The notes: a model not told the origin generated them from the sequence alone. A stretch of DNA of 64,000 bases from Leucoraja erinacea (GCF_028641065.1 NC_073414.1:620001-684000); one strand, 5' to 3'; positions 1 through 14,475 are shown, numbered from the stretch's first letter. Translations and numbers: made by a program.

Positions 1-2979
1 AATAAACTTGCCCTGCACATCTCCTTTAAGCATTGCCCCTCTCACTCTTAAAGCTATGCCCTTTAGTATGTAATTATTCCACCCTCGGGAAAAATATTCT
101 GTCAACCCTGTCTGTGCCTCTAATTCTATATACTTCTATCATTTTCCCTCAACCTCCGGTATTCCAAAGAGAACAACCGGAGTCTGTCGAATATCTTTCT
201 TCGGCTAACATCTCCTAATCCAGGCATCATTCAGGTAAACCACCACTGCATCCCTTTTAAAGCCTCCACATCCTTCCTGTAATGGGGTGACCAGAACTGC
301 ACACAATACTCCCAAATGCAGCCAAAACCAATGTCCAGGACTAAATACCTGCAGTAATTCGGTAATTTAGTCTTCTCAACGTGATTAATTGCAAACATGG
401 AACACCGCTAACAAACCAAGCACTTAAAGAACCAGGGGGAATGATCTGCCATTGCATTCCTGATTGAAGATAAAACCCAGGATGGGAAAATATAAGAAGG
501 GTCCTGACCCAAAACATCATCTATCCATGTTCCCCAGAGATATTGCTTGACCTGCTGTGTTACTCCAGCAATTTCTGTCATACTTTTTAAATATCTAGTT
601 TTACTGCAAAGTTAAGATAAACTGTTCTTTTACTTGACTAACGTCAATATTTCCTACCGTTTACTTTTCTCTCTTCCTGCCCAAATAGTGCTGTCATTGA
701 ACAAATTGTTCACTTTTGGAAAGGCGTTAAAGGGTGGTAAAATACTAACATTGGGTGGACAAGACGTCATAAAAATAAAATCCACAACTAGCTGCAGTAT
801 TAGTTTCACTTTGCTATCTTGCTCATTCTGATCTACTGTTTGTGGCATTATTATCTGTGGCCCTTTACGCAGGTTGCAGATGTAATATCTCTTACCAACA
901 GACTAGCAGGATTATTTCTTCAACATAAAAATGTATCCCTGAACCAAACAGTAGTCAGGCATAGCCAAGAACCTATGCTGGAAAACATTTGATTTTCTGC
1001 CATTAAAAACACGATGGCACAGGATAGTCTGCTAAATTTCTCCACTTGACTATGAAACCTCCAAAAGCAACATACCGTGCATGCTGGAATTCTGAAATAA
1101 AAACAAAATGCTGAAAATGTTCTGGTTATGTGGCAGCTGTAGAAGGCAAAACACTTAACATTTCAAGTTGCAGTTTTTTAGACTTGCATAGTGAATCTTG
1201 ATCACCATCTGCCTCACTGTCACTGTTCCATGAAATAGCATTTGATGGCAAAACCAAGGTACCACGTGCAGATTATCTCAAAAGTATTTACTGTGATTAC
1301 AGCTTCAACTAATTAAATATTATTTAAAGCGAAAGCCAGGAAATGTCTTGATTTGTTGTAGGCTGCATAGAGCAAGAATAGCTCTGACATAATACCCACA
1401 GCCTCTGGAGCTCCATGTGATTTGAGCCTCCCAGTATCTTGGTTAAAGGTTACTGTTCAATATAAACTACATAATGTGGACAAAGGTCATCTGTATTGAG
1501 TTATCAGCCCTGCTATGGGAATTACAATTGTCCTCAGCTCATGGCTAGAGGGAATAATATATCAGTAAGGATTAATGCTCCTGGTCTTGCTGCCAGTATT
1601 AATTAAGTAAAGAACTTTGGGCCACATGCTGTTGGTGTAGGTTGTAGAGCATCTTGCACCCAAGTTATTTTGTCTCCTTGTCTGTACATATGTTATCCAT
1701 CAAGCACTTAAGAAATCAGAGTTCCTTGAAGAATGAAACACAATCAGCGATGAATCAGACCATTATTGACTCAGTGCCCATATAAGACTTGGGTGACCTG
1801 AGCCATGGCAATGGTGGAGCCCAAAAGTAATGGGAAGAAGCATCAGAATAATGACTCTCTAAACTAAAACTCTGCAAATGACTTTGCCCAAAAACCCGCA
1901 TTACAATTGGCCATTTTCTGGATGGAATGATGGAGATGTAAGGAACTGCAGATATTGGAATCTTGAACAAAACACAGTGCTGGAGAAACCCAGCAGGTCA
2001 AGCAGCATCTGTAGATGGAATGGACAAATGATGAAAAGTAACATCCAATCCCTGCATTGATGCTGCTTGACCTGCTGAGTTCCTCTAGCACTTTGTACAT
2101 TGTTGTGGTATGATGTTGACCTGGTTCAATCTTGGGAACATCGGTTGTTCTTTAATTTGATTGGGTGCTGGGCAATTTTACCATGGGTATTGTTCTTACT
2201 TAGTTGGGATTAATATGTGTACATTTATATATTTGTTCTCTGAAGAATTTTCTAACTCTTCCCTGCACAAAAAAAAATAATGCCCGTTTGAGATACAGCA
2301 CAGGATTTGCAATATCCATTGGAATGTCCTGCTGGAAGAGTTAGAGGAAAGATGGAAGTGAGTTTTGTGCAGATACAATGGTTGTTGTTTGAAAGCTTGC
2401 ACAAAGTAAATTGAGAAATTGCATACTAATTTACCCTGAAGAAAGGTATTGACCCGAAATGTCACATTCCTTCTCCCCAGAGATACTGCCTGTCTCGCTG
2501 AGTTTAGCATTTTGTGTCAATCTTCTACTAATTTATCTCCTCTGGAAGCTTTGCAGTTGAAAATTCATAATTCTACATGATTTAAATTGTAAAATCAAAA
2601 TGTTTTTATTGTATTGGTGTCTCTTTCATATCTCAGTTAATTATAGGATTATTAGCAGCTCCTGTTTTAATTTGCACTGCACAAATTGAGATTGGTTGGA
2701 GAAGAACATTGGGGCAGGTGATTGTCAAATTGGAATATATTATCCATTTCACTAACCTGTATGCTGACTGGAGCTTGCTATTTCAGTCAACAGTCTAAAG
2801 TGTTTAATGGTCATGTACCAACAATGGAACACTTACTTGCAACAATGGAAATTCTTACTTGCAACAGCTTAACAGGCCTGTAAATACACTAAATACAGAT
2901 AATTAAATAGATTAATAATAGTAATACTGGTGCAACAAAAAAAACCAACGTCCTTTGTGCAACCAAAGACAGTTAATTG

Positions 2980-3340
2980 GCGCTGAGATTAGTGTGTGGT
3001 GGTCAAGAGTCTGATGGTTTTTTAGCCGTTTTTGAACTTGGAGATTATGATTTTGAGGCTCCTGTACTTTCATCCCGATGGTGGAAGTGAGATGAGGGAG
3101 CAGCCAGAGTGGTGTCGGTTTTTGCATTGGTGCCTCCTGTAGATCCCTTCGGTGATGGGGAAGGTCAGTGCCTGTGATGGACTGAGCAGTGTTTTACCAC
3201 TTTCTGTAATCCCCTGTCCTGGGCATTTGAGGTGGCAGTCCCAGGCTGTGATGCAACTAGTCAGTGTGCTCTCTACTGTACACCTGTAGAGATTCCACAG
3301 AGTGTTCATTGACAAACCAACTCGCCTCAGTTTTTGAAGG
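2980..3340 (-). mobile_element. Rex1-type LINE 3' fragment
   Basis: NTLWNLYRCTVESTLTSCITAW resembles the C-terminal part of the 62640-63870 element. Related 3' ends at ~14200-14420, 30840-30970, 33105-33360, 36770-36975, 46140-46385, 47180-47475. Confidence 0.7.
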
Positions 3341-3719
3341 AAGTAGATTTGATTTCAGGTTTGACATGAGATTCCATTTATTTGGAAGGAGCGGAGGCAA
3401 CACAGGAGAACCTTGTACTGTTCATTCCCCAACTGCAGAGCATTCTTTGCTCATTTACATCCTTGAGGCCCTTCAATTTTTTCAGTGTGTATCATTTTAA
3501 GAAAAAAGGGAGATGCACAGGGAGATGAATGCAACATTTTCTGAGTTGTGGAAATATGGAACAAGCTGCCAGAGGAGGTGGTTGAGGCAGGTACTATAAC
3601 AGCATTGAATATCCAAACCGACTTTGCTGCCTCTTTTTTGCCCGCATTTGCTGCAAGAGGGGATGGGTTGTTTCTTTTATGGTTTTCAGACAAATTAATG
3701 AACCATTTTTAATTTTCAG

Positions 3720-3986
3720 TTCTCCAAGGCCAAACTCAAACCAACCACAGTCCTCTGAAGCGCTCGGTTTCCCTCACTCCACCGATCAATATGACAAACC
3801 AGTCTGTGGTCAGCGAGTGGATGTCTCCAGATGACCTGCGCAGCCGAGCAGTCTATGCCCCATCAGACCATGCACCGCTCTCCCCTCAAAGCAGCATAGC
3901 CTCCTCTGGAAGTGGGGGCAGTGAGCAGACAGAAGAACAGGGGTCAAGTCGCAACACTTTTCAGGAGGAGGGGAGTGGAATGAAAG
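3720..3986 (+). CDS. SAMD4B: SAMD4B (Smaug2) internal coding exon; upstream exons lie outside the window
   Basis: ttttcag| acceptor and G|gtaag donor; encodes [10 protein letters not shown]...[10 protein letters not shown]...[32 protein letters not shown] matches SAMD4B rather than SAMD4A as recalled. Confidence 0.93.
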
Positions 3987-6513
3987 GTAAGACACAATGA
4001 TCAGGCTATTGGCTCAAATGTCTTAAAACCACATAGACTTCAGAATAAAGACTGCGTTCAGATTAGAAAGTTGGTGGTAGGCGAGGTAGGTGACCTTTTT
4101 CATCCAGGCTAGTTGTTCCCCATCCTGGGGAAGTTGTTGACCCAGAGTTAACATGAGTGTAAAATCTGGTGGTTAGTCTTTGCATCAGGATTGTTGTGTT
4201 GCATTGTTGGGAGCCAGTGAAAGCTATTAACGGCCATATCATGACAGCTATAATCAGATTAACTATTTAAGCTTGAACTGTGAAGGATGTAGCCACAGCT
4301 TCACGGTGTAGGTTTAATTTGTACTGAGAAGGTACACATTGACACTGAATTTGTTATATCGATGATGAAATTGCCCTCGGTTTCTATTAATACTCTCTGG
4401 ACTATAACTTGGACTTCTTGCATGTCCGGTTTAATGTGGACGTTTGAGTTGGTATCTGTGATTCAAATGCTGAACTGTTGCCTGTTTCTCAACCAGTTGA
4501 GGGAAATTGCATAATCTAGAGCTTGCTAAAATATTATCTGAATAAAGCTTTGAGGTTTGAATTCTAATGGTGTTCTAAGCCATAATAGCTGATCACAAAT
4601 CTATTTGGCTCTTTACAGAATCACAGTAAATATCTTCAATGTATATGTCAAAATACAAAGGATTTAAACTGTGGCTTTTAAATACGATGTTTAGTATGAT
4701 TGGTTATTCAGTCAGCTTGCTGATATCACAGCTGCTGGATGCCTGGAATTCTGTGGAACTAATGTGCAACAGCTGATCCAGAGGCTCTCTGGAGATGACT
4801 AGATCTTTGTGAAGAGCTTTTTATTTTCACAAGATCAAGAAAGCCCCACACTGACTGCAAATTCTGCATATTGTTAAGTGCATCCCGTGAGCAGTCTTTC
4901 ACTAAGAAAATAACATTAACATTAGGATGAGGTCTTCAAGTACATTGTTTCATCAAAGATGATTTTAATGATCCTGTGCCCCCAGGTCACTTGGCTGCCT
5001 GAATCCCATATCTTATTCAGCCCTTGGTGGCCAAAAATCTAGTGGTCTCTGGCTCAAATATATTCAGTGACTGAGCATACGCCGATTACAAAGATTACAA
5101 ATTCCCTGCATAAAGAGTGTTTCACCTCCTGGGTTGTGTCTTTCCCTTTTATTTTAGCGTGCAGAAAAGCCACTAGCAGACAATTGTAGGATCGACAACT
5201 ATGTAAAATATCATGGAATAAACTTGTGATTTTAAAAATATTTAATTGTAGACTTCGTATTTTCAGTTTTATTTGATAGCAGGAACTTTTTAAACGTTTT
5301 TTTCTCAAAGTGATAACGCACCTCACCCCTGAATGTTTGTAGCCATTGCTTACACATTCTGAGAATTCTTTGTTTTTCCAGTTCGTCTTCCTTGTGAGGT
5401 CTTCAGTTACTTTTTACCTCTTTCTATAACATTTACCTTTTGCGTTTTACAATAAATTGTTTAGAAATACACTTCTGTTCTGTGAATAAACATGGTTGGT
5501 AACATGCACAACAATACCCTGCAGTTTACAACTGGACTGAGTGCAATAGTCTATCTTGGGAGCTAGTGGCTTGGAAGAAAATTGCTAAAAAACCTTTTCC
5601 TCCAATACTCTCCTGGAATTGGCATAATTGGTTCTATTCCTTCTCTTCAGAGATGCTGCCTGTCCCATTGAGTTACTCCAGCTTTTATGTCTATCTTAGG
5701 TTTAAACCCACATCTGCAGTTCCTTCTTGCACATAATTGGTCTATTGTTCAGTCTGAAGATTGCCCCTTTGTTAATGATCTAGACATGTACACAATAACT
5801 CGGGCACGGATGGTACCATTCAAAGGGATATCCCTGCCTGCATGGCCAGATTCTTGACATTAATTTTATTACCTGTGGTTATTGAATACTAGGTGGTGTT
5901 CACGTGATTACCCTCTCTAGTTAGCACTCGATACTTAGGAAAATTGCAAGTCTTTTTATCCGTCCATGCTCTTAACCTATTTTTAACCTTTCCCATTTGA
6001 CTGTTCTTGCTGGTTTTGCTTTGAAATCTAATGCTGTAACATCAGTTGATCATGAATTCTGTGTGAGGGCTGGGGGAGTAGTTTATATATATTTATTTAT
6101 GCATACACTCAACTATTGGCTATGATGCAAAGACAATGTTTAAAGATTAAGTTCTCCCTAATATTTGTAATATTTTCTGATAATGGAGGACTGTTTAGGT
6201 TGAGTTTTACATATACAGTTCTGTTTTTCTCTATCCAGATTTCTTCCTCATTGTTTCATTTGTGTAGTATTGTGTATGGGTGAATTATTAGAGGCATGTT
6301 GCAAAGTAGTAACCAAGACGCGTGTTAAAATTTCATTCATAAATTGTCTGCACTCTGCATGCATGTGACGTAACTTAAAACTCCCTGTTTTGACGTTTCC
6401 CTGTAACATGATCACGATTTGGTGATCACACTTGCCAACATCCTGTGATTTCTTTAATGCATGGGCACTGTACAGTGTCAGGCCCATACAACTCGATATA
6501 ACCACTGATGCTA

Positions 6514-8186
6514 CAGTGCCCTCCATAATGTTTAGGACAAAGACCCATCATTTATTTATTTGCCTCTGTACTCCATAATTTGAAATTTGTAATAGAAAAA
6601 AATCACATGTCGTTAAAGTGCACATTGTCAGATTTTAATAAAGGGTATATTTATACATTTTGGTTTCACAATGTAGAAATTACAGCAGTGTTCATACATA
6701 GACCCCCCCCCCATTTCAGGGCACCATACTGTTTGGGAGACAACTACTTTCATTTACATGACATTGCTATGTTCAGTATTTTGTTGCATAACCTTTGCAT
6801 GCAATGACTGCTTGAAGTCTGCGATTCATGGACATCACCAGTTGCTGGGTGTCTTCTCTGGTGATGCTCTGCCAGGCTTATATTGCAGCCATCTTTAGTT
6901 AATGCTTGTTTTGGGGACTAGTCCCCTTCAGTTTTCTCTTCAGAATATAAAATGCATGCTCAGTTGGGTTCAGGTCAGGTGACTTGGCCACTCAAGAATT
7001 GACAATTTTTTAGCTTTGAAAAACTTCTTTGTTGCTATAGCAGTATGTTTGGGATCATTGTCTTGATGTAGAATGAACTGCCGGCCAATTAGTTGAGGCA
7101 TTTGTTTGAACTTGAGCAGATAGGATGTATCAATACACTTCACAATTCATTATGCTACTACCATCAGCAATTGTATCATAAATGAAGATGTGAGGCAGTA
7201 CCTTCGGCAGCCATACATGCCCAGGCCATAACACCCCCACCACAATGTTTCACAGATGAGGTGGTATGCTTTGGATCTTGGGCAGTTCCTTCTCGCCACC
7301 ATACTTTGTTCTTGTCATCACTCTAATATTGTTAATCTTAGTCTCATCTGTCCACAAGACCTTTTTCCAGAACTGTGGTTGTTCTTTTAAGTACTTCTTG
7401 GCAAACTGGCCATCCTATTCTTCTTGGTAACCTGGTCATCCTATTTTTGGAGCTAACCAGTGGTTTGCATCTTGCAGTGTAGCCTCTGTATTTCTGTTCA
7501 TGAAGTCTTCTGTGGACAGTGGTCATTGACAAATCCACACCTGATTCCTGAAGAGTGTTTCTGATCTGTTGGACAGGTGTTTGGGGATTTTTCCTTACTA
7601 TAGAAAAAATTATTCTGTCATTTGCTGTGGAGGTCTTCCTTGGCCTGCCAGTCCCTTTACGATTAGTAAGCTCACCAGTGCTCTCTTTCTTCTTAATGAT
7701 GTTCCAAACATTTGATTTTGTTTGGTAAGCATAAGGTTTGGCTGATGTCTCTAACAGTTTTATTCTTGTTTCTCAGCCTCATAATGGCTTCTTTGACTTT
7801 CATTGGCACAACTTTGGTCCTCATGTTGATAAACAGCAATAAAAGTTTCCAAATATGATGGAAAGACCAGAGGAAAGACTAGGTGCTGAGATCTCTCAGA
7901 TACCTGATTTAAAGAGGCATTTAAACACACCTGAGCAATTACAAATACCTGTGAAGCCATGTGTCCCAAACATTATGGTGCCCTGAAATGGGGGGGACTA
8001 TGTATAAACACTGCTGTAATTTCTACGTGGTGAAACTAAAATGTATAAAAACACCCTTTAATAAAATCTGACAATGTGCACTTTAACCACATGTGATTTT
8101 TTTTCTATTACAAATCTCAAATTGTAGAGTACAGAGGCAAATAAATAAACGATGGGTCTTTGTCCCAAACATTATGAAAGGCACTG
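6514..8186 (-). mobile_element. Tc1/mariner DNA transposon, near full length, decayed, in a SAMD4B intron
   Basis: TA flanks at 6512-6513 and 8187-8188; ~225-bp terminal inverted repeats (CAGTGCCCTCCATAATGTTT...) with an internal repeat of the terminal motif; disrupted transposase ~7824-6773 with WTDETK, QDNDPKH and SPDLNPTEH motifs. Confidence 0.95.
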
Positions 8187-10790
8187 TATTTAAGGTCATG
8201 GACCTGTTGTTTTGCAAATCAACAGTTAAACTGAGCATTGACATTTCTCTAACTAATTCAATGAAAGTGTCAGGATTTAGTTGTAACGCTCCTTAAGCAA
8301 AGTGCTGAATTGATTGACTCTAAACAAAGATGCGCCAACAGAAATCGAATCCATCCCACTGCATGACCCAGTTCCCCCATACTCCCATGGTATTAAGGCA
8401 TAAATACTCTTTAAACACAACCCAAGGACACGTATTATGAATGTACTATTTTGCTTTTAGTCTGTCCCCCACCAGCGAACTCAAAATGACACAAAGATAG
8501 ATGTTTTTGAAAGTTCAGTGATAATTTTGCTTACTTTAGTACAAGGAGTATACTTAGCACAAAGAAAACATTTAATCAGTTTTAATACTGATTTACTCTG
8601 TTTTAGTTTCCATTTGCTCTCCAGGCTGGTATTGGAACTCTGACAGGATTGTGTTGTTGCTTCTGTCTGGCAGGCCTGTGGTAGCTGGTGTCTGAGTCGT
8701 CTGTGCGGTTACTGTCTGGTTTCTCCTGTGTGTGGGGATGCAGTGAAGTTGAAACTGGACAGTGATTGGGCTCAATCATTCGGTTATCATTCTCTGGTGC
8801 AAGACTGATGGTCAGCCTCTCAATTTGATGCTTGTAGCAGACATCATGTTAACATAATTCACATTAAATATCAATGTATTGCAGCCATTATGTTTTTGGT
8901 AAATTGGAAAATGGTTTCTTGTCTTCAAATATTTCCGTGCTGTTTATTAAAACGATACGATACGATAAAACTTTATTCATTCCCGGAGGGAAATTGGTCT
9001 GCCGATTGTCACAACACCCAAGGTACACTAACTTGAAAGTAAAAAGAAAAAGACAAGCGTCTGTTGGCTGGCTGCCGTGTGCACAATGCCTTCACCGGAA
9101 CGAACAAACAAACAAACACAGGCTTATCCCCTGCGCAAAGGATTCTAAAACTAGAGTGCCCTCCCCCACGCCGGGTCCCCATTGTTCTTCGGCGGTTCCC
9201 CCCCCCCCCCCCCCCCCCCCCCGCGCTCATTGTCTGTGAGGCCTCACCGCCCAGCTTCACTGCGGTCGGTCCACAGGGAGGCCTGTGGGGCGAGTCGGGT
9301 CGACCGGGGGTGCATTCCGGTCTTCCATCGTTGTCCTATTTGGCGGTGGCACGGTTGTTTGGTGGGTGGATCGGGCCCGTGCGGCTCCCGGGGTCACTCC
9401 CCGGGAAAAAAACATGATTATGGACTAAGGGCATAATAAAACATTAAGATGTATAAAGGAGACAAAGTTAACTTCAGGCAGCATTTCTCTGAAACAGGAA
9501 GTTGACCCTGATCTGAGATTGTACATCACCCAACCGCTATCCTTGAACAATGAGTGGATCTTTCTGTTGTTGCAAAGTGTCTCCTAACGTGGCAAAGTGA
9601 AAGCACACTGCCCTTTTACCTGCTAACGTGGGTCTGTATTTCTAGGTAGCTTTTTCCTCCTCTGCCCCTATTACGCAGGCTGCTCAATCACCTTGCTGCC
9701 CAGCTGCTCAATCACCGTTCTGTGCCTCCTGGGTGATCCCAGATGTTGATGTTGGAAGCTCCTGCTTGACTTTGAGTGTGTGGATGCTATGGAGTGAGCG
9801 TGGACAAGACTCTTTGTCTTGTTGGTTGTGGTTTTTTGGGTTCTGGGGGTATGTCACTGAGACCATGCAGTATGGTATTGAGTGGCTGGAGGTATTAGGT
9901 ACCAACAGCATTGTGCTGGGGTGTCGTTGGTTGTGTGCGGGGATACTGATCATGGGTGGATGTGCTCCCCACTTGAAGTGTGCAGCTTTGGGAATAAATC
10001 TTCCTGCATTAACTTGACATCTCGCACTGAATAATCAGGATCAGTGCAGAGAGGCAAATGATTAGTGCCTTGAACTGTCCTTAAAATGTGATGCTGGTTG
10101 CTAAAGTTCTGGTGTTGATCACGAGTTAGTCAAATAGTATGATGGGGACTGTTGGTTTGTGTAAATTAGTTTGATCGTTACTTCCATCATCTGTCCTGTC
10201 TTTATTTGTGCTTTTGTAACTGCTTTGATTTTGTTGGAAACCCTGGATCGTTGATGAAGCAGAAGTTATTGCCGACTTGCTTTAAATCCACATTACTTAT
10301 GTTGACATTTCCTTGTTTACCTAAGTACTATATGCTATACTGTGTTTCTCAAACCAGGAAAGGTAGTCATTCAGACCATGTCCTTGCTGAACTGAAAGAA
10401 CCATCCAGTCTGACCCCAACAGCTTGCCTCTTAGGCTGTAGCTTGCAGGCTGCACCACATCAGTGACATGTCCAAACCATTTTAAGTAGGGTGGGTTTTG
10501 CAACCTTCTGCCACCCTCAAATTATCAAATCCAGTCCCACTGGATCATTGATCAAAATAGTTATTGTCTATATCTATTCATATGTCCTTTTTTGTTTGAA
10601 AATTGCTATTTGTTGTTTCAAAGTAACGTCCAACCTATCCAGCCATTCCTCATAGTTAAAATTCTCTGGCTTTGGCAATATTGTCACTTGTTTTTGAATC
10701 TGTAGATCAAATTGTATCAGGTCTGTGGAAAATGCCTTCATTTGTTTTCCCCACTTTCTCTTGACTCTTGGTTTCTCATTTTTATCATAG

Positions 10791-10900
10791 ATGTGCCCAC
10801 TTGGTTAAAAAGCCTTCGGCTACACAAATATGCATCGCTCTTCTCGCAGCTAACATATGAAGAGATGATGACCCTGACCGAACATCAGCTGGAGTCTCAG
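10791..10900 (+). CDS. SAMD4B: SAMD4B exon, SAM domain N-part
   Basis: atcatag| ... CAG|gtttg; (D)[36 protein letters not shown]; phase fits the previous exon. Confidence 0.95.
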
Positions 10901-11969
10901 GTTTGTTGGTGAATGTGGAAATTCATGCTCTCCCTTTCAATAGGCTATCAAAACCATTTGCCTGTTGACTGTCCATGTTAAGTTTAATGGACTGCAGTGT
11001 ACACCTTGTGGTCAATACATGTTTTTTGTGTATATGTCATATTGCTAACGTTTCGATCATACGAGTCGGGAGCATTGCTCTTTATGTAATAGTATGTGCC
11101 AGTACGGTGCATCGACACCTCTTTATAAAAAATATACATATTTTGTTTCCAGCAATGCATTAATTGTACATACCAGCATATTTTGTCTGCCATAAAGGTC
11201 AGGCCAAAGGGGAATAATAATTGAATTCCAGATATGAACCTGGGGTACATATATGATATGATACATTCCAGAAGTTTGGGGTTTTTTTTAGGTTATATGT
11301 TGCTCTGTTTTTAACGTGGAAAAATCTCTTGTGTTTCAGTAATGTTTCATGCTGCTTTATTTCCCCCCTTTCTCACCAAAGGTATCATTGTGGGCGTAGT
11401 TCTACAGCTCTCCGTACATCAGTGCCCCTTCTTCTGTCAGTCCTAGGTATTCTGAGATTGATGGGGAGGGGTGCCAGAATGAGCTCATGGCTGGCTTTTA
11501 TCCAGGCTTGCCTCTAGTTTACTTTTCTCAGCCTCTGGAGTCAATGCTAACTCGCAGGACAATTCCAGTTCCACTCATTTTCCTTGTTACCAGTTGTCTC
11601 CACATTCTTTCCACACTTTTTCACACAGAGGGTGGTGGGTGTATGGAACAAGCTGCCAGAGGAGGTAGTTGAGGCTGGGACTATCACAATGTTTAAGAAC
11701 CAGTTAGACAGGTACATGGATAGGACAGGTTTGGATGGATATGGACCAAGCGCAGGCAGGTGGGACCATTGTAGCTGGGACATGTTGGCCGGTGTGGGTA
11801 AGATGGGCCACACAGACAACACTGGCGGTCAGGATTGACCCATGGTGTCTCCCAGTGGGCTAAGCATGGGATGGGTAGCAGGAAATCTACATTCTCTTCT
11901 TGTTTTCATCCTGGTCCTGTCTTTAATCCCTCTTTACTGCAACATCTCACTAAATGTGTTCTTCTGCAG

Positions 11970-12056
11970 AATGTCACAAAGGGAGCGCGACATAAAATAG
12001 CTCTGAGCATTCAGAAGCTACGTGAGCGGCAAGGTGTGCTGAAGTCATTAGAAAAG
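11970..12056 (+). CDS. SAMD4B: SAMD4B exon, SAM domain C-part
   Basis: ctgcag| ... AAG|gtgag; [29 protein letters not shown], 87 nt. Confidence 0.95.
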
Positions 12057-13612
12057 GTGAGCTGATTTATTTCACCATCCTCTACATACAATGTATTTTC
12101 CCCTTAGTGAATACACATGAGAAGTATCTATGTCAGACACTGCTTACACCCTCAGATTCCACTTACAGATTGCTACTTGGGGTCCCTAATGGGCCCACCT
12201 TTGGTGATTTGACCCCACCTTGTCTGCCAATTATATTTATTGCCCTCTCTTCACCCTCCAGTCATTTAAGTGTAGTTTCCCTCCCTCAATTAGTTCTATT
12301 CTCCTGAAAGTCCTCCCCTGCCTGAGTTCTCAATGCTTGCTTCATGCTTTGCTTTTAACCAGCCCTCTATCCCTTTATATTCCGGGTTCCCTGAAATATT
12401 GACCTTTTCTTTCCCCCTTGCAAAAACACATTGGCCCCGAATTCTCGCTATTTCACTTTTAAATTACTCGTGCTTATTAGACATACTTGCCTGCCAATTG
12501 CTGATCCCAATCGACTTTTGTCAGCTCCAGTCTTACAATATTGAAATCAGCATTACACTTAATTCGGGACCTTAAACTCCCTAACTACCTTGCAAACCTA
12601 GACTGTGAGCTCTATCTCCAAATGTCACCCCACTGACACTTCAGCCACTTGCTACATCCCTTAATCCAGTTGAGTGGCTGCTCTTTCTCTAGTGGGACCA
12701 TCAGCATTCTGGCTCAAACTCTCCTGAGCACAATAACAGTTTCAACCCCTTGAAGTCTTTAACACTTGAGGTTATCCCAGTAAAAATGTAGAAACAATGA
12801 AATGCAGATGCTGGTTTACACAAAAGGACACAAAGTGCAGGAGTAACTAAGGCAGCATCTCTGTAGAACATGGATAGGTGACATTTTGGGCTTCAGACTG
12901 AAGAAGGGTCATGAAAGGGTCGTCCATATTCACCAGAGATGCAGCCTGAACTGCTACGTTACTCCAGCAGTCTGTGTCCCTTTTATCCCGGTCAATGTTG
13001 GGGAAAGTTAAAATCCTCTAGACTTTAGAGATATAGCGAAGAAACGGGCCCTTCGGCCCACAGAGTCCACGTCAACCTTGATCACCTCGTACGTTAAAAC
13101 TATCCTACACAGTAGGGACCTAAGCCAATTAACCTACAAACCTGCACGTCTTTGGAGTGTGGATGGAAATCTGAGCACCCGGAAAAAACGCACAGGGAGA
13201 AGGTACAAACTCCGTGCAGACAGAACCCGTAGTCAGGATCGAACCCGGGTGTCTGGTGCTGCAAGGCAGCAACTCTACTGTTGCGCCACCGTGCTGCCCC
13301 TACTATACTACTATACTGTAACCTGTTTGCTTATGCTCTACATGTCTTCTGCTTTCTCCTGTTAACTGTTGGGAGACCTGTAACATACTCCCATAAAGTG
13401 ATCACCTGCTTTTTGTTCCTTAGCTCTACCCTTGTGGCCTCATTGCAGAGCTGTACAGAATATTCTTCCTCGTTGTTGCTTTAATAGACTCCTTAATCGA
13501 TTCACAATGCTCCCACCCTCACTACCATTTTGAATACAAATGCAAGATGCTGACGAACCGCACCGTGCAAAGAGTCTAGTGGGCACTTGGTTATTTTGTT
13601 AACTCTTAACAG

Positions 13613-13922
13613 GATATTCTTGAAGGAGGAAACCTGCGAAATGCCCTTCAGGAGCTGCAACAAATAATTATAACTCCTATCAAAGCCTACACCCCACCTC
13701 AACTAACACTTAAAGAAGGGCACGACACAGATTCCAGCAACTCCTCCAGCAGTGCAACTGGGCTGGGAACAGACAGCCGAACAACCAAAGCAGCTGCTGG
13801 GAAGGAAACGACACCTGATGGTTTTCAGTCTCAGATTGTGTCAACGTGTGATGGAGAATCCACAGCAGCCCCTGTGTCTGAAGGCGATATCCCTGGGCAG
13901 TTCACCAGGGTCATGGGGAAAG
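13613..13922 (+). CDS. SAMD4B: SAMD4B exon
   Basis: ttaacag| ... G|gttag; DILEGGNLRNALQELQQIIITPIKAY...EGDIPGQFTRVMGK, open frame not shown in the ORF track. Confidence 0.93.
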
Positions 13923-14440
13923 GTTAGTTCCAAACTTTCTCAGCAGCAGGAAGGTTGAATATGGTTAAAGTTACGCCTGCATTTCCACATGCATCGGGGA
14001 AACACAAGCACCGATCAAATGTCACGTGGTATTTCTCAAATTGCTAGTGGTATTAATTTATTATTGTCATGTATTGAGAGATGGCAAAGCTCTGTGTATT
14101 ACACGTACAATCAGGCCCTGCACAAGTACAAAGGGAAATGTATCAGTGCAGAGTATAGGATAGAACATTTATTGCCTCAGTCACAGAGAAAGTGCAGATT
14201 AGTAAGAAGTGCATGACCACAATGAGGCAGATTGGGAGATCATGATTACACCCTTAGTTTATGAGAGGGCCGCTCTGTAGTCTGATAACAGCAGGGCACA
14301 AAGCTGTTCCTGAATCTGGTGGTACGAGCTCTCAATGTTTTGTTTCTTCTGCCGATGGGTGGAGAGAAGAGGGAGTAACGGGTGAAGGTGGTCCTTGATT
14401 ATGTTGGTTGTTTTCCCAACGCAATATGAAGCCAATTGGT

Positions 14441-14475
<35 letters not shown>

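Noticed and set aside
14441-14474. Long G/C homopolymers (also ~9198, 23749, 27954, 41308) as functional G-quadruplexes
   Set aside because: Lengths are unreliable in assemblies and such runs are scattered without positional pattern.
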